Source of the DNA: Pirellulales bacterium
Lineage (GTDB): Bacteria; Planctomycetota; Planctomycetia; Pirellulales; PALSA-1355
Length of the DNA: 64,000 nt
Direction of reading: 5' to 3'
NCBI GenBank assembly: GCA_963733035.1
Contig: CAVTBU010000010.1
Coordinates: 96,001-160,000, forward strand
Under the pieces are notes generated by a model. The model saw only the letters and a list, made by a program, of their open reading frames with translations. It was not told where the DNA came from and ran no database searches. Below, in pieces: positions 60,780-64,000 of this stretch. The stretch's first letter is position 1. Every line of letters starts with the position of its first letter. Both the position numbers and the translations under genes were made by a program.

Positions 60780-60968
60780 TGTGTCGAGCTACCTTTTCAG
60801 TGAAGTCTAGTGGCATGCCGGTCATTATGTCGGGTTCGAGCAAATCAATCCATGGGCCGGAGTGTCTTGCCGCGCTTTCGCCGCCGCTCTTGCTTTGTTT
60901 GCTGACACCGCGCCCGTGGCTCGGTTCGCGCGGCGGGCCGGCGTGTAACCGCGTCACGTGAAAGGGAT

Positions 60969-62363
<1,395 letters not shown>

Positions 62364-62583
62364 AGTAGCGACACGAATGGCATCACGCTCCTGAAAAGTG
62401 CCGCCCGGCAGTCGTCGCCAGCAGGCTCCCAAATCGTAGTCTAAGTCAGCTTTCAGGGGGTTGTCCAGTTGATTTGGCTTGGGCAGCCCCCTGCGCGGTA
62501 CTTGTTGAACGGTCGGTACTTGCGACGCGCATCAGTCGTTTTGAACAGAGTCGTTGCACCTGGTTGGTGCCAGCTTGGTGCGT

Positions 62584-62612
62584 TTGACAGTCGTTTCAAG
62601 GCGTTTTAAAAT
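62584..62612 (+). promoter_or_regulatory. Near-consensus sigma70 promoter of the dksA-like gene
   Basis: TTGACA (62584-62589), 17 nt, TAAAAT (62607-62612). Confidence 0.7.
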
Positions 62613-62675
62613 GGTGATTTTGTAGGTGCCCCGCGGGGGGTGACCAGTGGGTCGTTGCTCTTGGAGACGTCAGCG

Positions 62676-63045
62676 ATGAAGAAGGCTGATATGAAGGTGT
62701 ACAAGGAACGGCTGTTGCTCTTGCGCCCGGCTGCGCGGCGACGTCAATGCGATGGCCGATGCCGCACTGCGAAAAACTCGCTCGGAGGCGAATGGTGACC
62801 TCTCCAGCATGCCCATTCACATGGCCGACATCGGCAGCGATAACTACGAGCAGGAATTCACGCTATCTCTGATGCAGTCCGAGGAGGTCGCGCTGGAGTT
62901 GATTGAATCGGCCATTGAAAAGGTCGAGGATGGCGTTTTTGGTACCTGTGAAGAGTGTTCCGGGGCGATTACCAAAGCCCGACTGAACGCCATTCCGTAC
63001 ACGCCACTGTGTATCAAGTGTGCACAGAAGCTCGAAAGTCGCTAG
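62676..63045 (+). CDS. dksA: TraR/DksA-family transcription factor, frameshift ~62725
   Basis: MKKADMKVYKERLLLLR then RLRGDVNAMAD..HMADIGS..FGTCEEC..RLNAIPYTPLCIKCA (C4 zinc finger). Confidence 0.85.
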
Positions 63046-63606
63046 TTATTCGCTTCCCGTCGGAGACCGCTGCCTTGGCGGCTGGCGCGCGGTTACGCGT
63101 TCCGTTGTAATGCGCTAGGAGCGCTCACGCAGTCGACCGTACCTGGTGCGACTGATTTACCCGCAAGTGCCGGCCGGCATGCAACTTCCCATCTTGGCGG
63201 CGGGGCATTGCGCTCGGTCGTTACCTGGATTATCGGGGGGCATTGCCGTCGCATCGGGCAGACGCCCGGGTAGCGATTGACGTGTATCTATTTGTCAGAT
63301 TGTCGGTTGCGCGAATTGGCAAAACCCCCTTCTGGGGAATTAATTGTTTTGACAACAAATGAATTTCCTGGGAGATTTGTGAGCAGCAGCCACTTCTCTC
63401 ATGGGTGAGCTGTGCGGCCAACTGGTAGGGTTCCGAGCCAGGGTAGGCGAGGCCACCCGGTAAAGCCGCGAGAGTTGCGTGCGTTCTACTGTGATGTGGT
63501 GTCACTGGCAGTCGTCGTGGGGGCGGCTACCACCCAGCTTATGCCGGACTGATGTCCCTTCTCGATGGGAGCAGACCGGCGTCACTCTCCATTGGGCACC
63601 CGACGG

Positions 63607-64000
63607 ATGAAGATTTCACGCACTGTGCTGTACGCGGTACAAGCCATTCAGCAACTAGCCGAGGTTCAATCACAATTGCCGATTCCGTGCAGTCGATTGG
63701 CCGAGCAGGGCCGGATGCCCGAACGGTTTTTGCTGCAGATTCTGCGAAATTTGGTGAACCACGGCATCCTCCATTCCACGCGTGGCGTCGACGGGGGGTA
63801 TACACTTGGACGAAGCCCACTCGAAATCTCGCTGCTCGACATTATCGAAGCCATTGAAGGGCCGTTCGTAGCGGAATTGCCGCCCGCCAAGGGGAGCGAG
63901 GCCGTGCGACATCATCGCCGACTGCAGGAGGCGTTTGACGGTGTGGCGGCCAACGTGCGCCGGCAAATGTCGACGATTCGTATCTCGGATCTGCTCGGCA
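63607..64000 (+). CDS. Rrf2-family regulator without the C-terminal Fe-S cysteines; runs off the window end
   Basis: Translated by hand: MKISRTVLYAVQA..MPERFLLQILRNLVNHGILHSTRGVDGGYTL..ISLLDIIEAIEGP; absent from the ORF track because there is no stop in the window. Confidence 0.88.
   Translation, partial: MKISRTVLYAVQAIQQLAEVQSQLPIPCSRLAEQGRMPERFLLQILRNLVNHGILHSTRGVDGGYTLGRSPLEISLLDIIEAIEGPFVAELPPAKGSEAVRHHRRLQEAFDGVAANVRRQMSTIRISDLLG

Overview
64 kb of high-GC bacterial chromosome, very probably a planctomycete (Pirellulales-like: DUF1559 proteins, a 'RWFRFRLRTLL' N-terminal motif protein, PEP-CTERM, planctomycete-type FliF/FliG). About 15 small frameshifts interrupt otherwise intact genes, including trmB, purF and dksA, which points to long-read indel error rather than pseudogenisation. 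Content: clpC; an FGE-sulfatase family gene; mlaEFD; a PP2C phosphatase; a GT87; a histidine kinase plus sigma54 response regulator; lexA; a heavy-metal RND locus (Cys/His-rich leader ORF, CzcB-like, CzcA-like, small Cys/His lipoprotein); nagB; a small accessory patch (IS5 remnant, two DUF1559 genes); PEP-CTERM plus GT2-TPR; proB; Rrf2 with a divergent c-heme protein; purF; trmB; rhomboid; FabZ-like; a 32-aa bL37-like ribosomal protein; a 17-kb flagellar-type gene cluster; MFS-gmhA-ROK; a 130-bp MITE; dapB, thrC, dksA and a second Rrf2. Best candidate for a new system: the flagellar cluster looks like an export-only machine. Export gate, ATPase complex, FlhF/FlhG and FliA are intact, but FliF lacks its beta-collar, FlhB ends before the NPTH switch domain, and fliE/rod/hook/stator genes are missing from their usual positions. 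Second candidate: an RND metal-efflux locus with a repeated WCxEHxxPExxCxxC module shared by the adaptor and a stand-alone lipoprotein, behind a possible leader-peptide switch. No rRNA, tRNA or CRISPR was seen. All calls are by-eye motif recognition; no searches were run.
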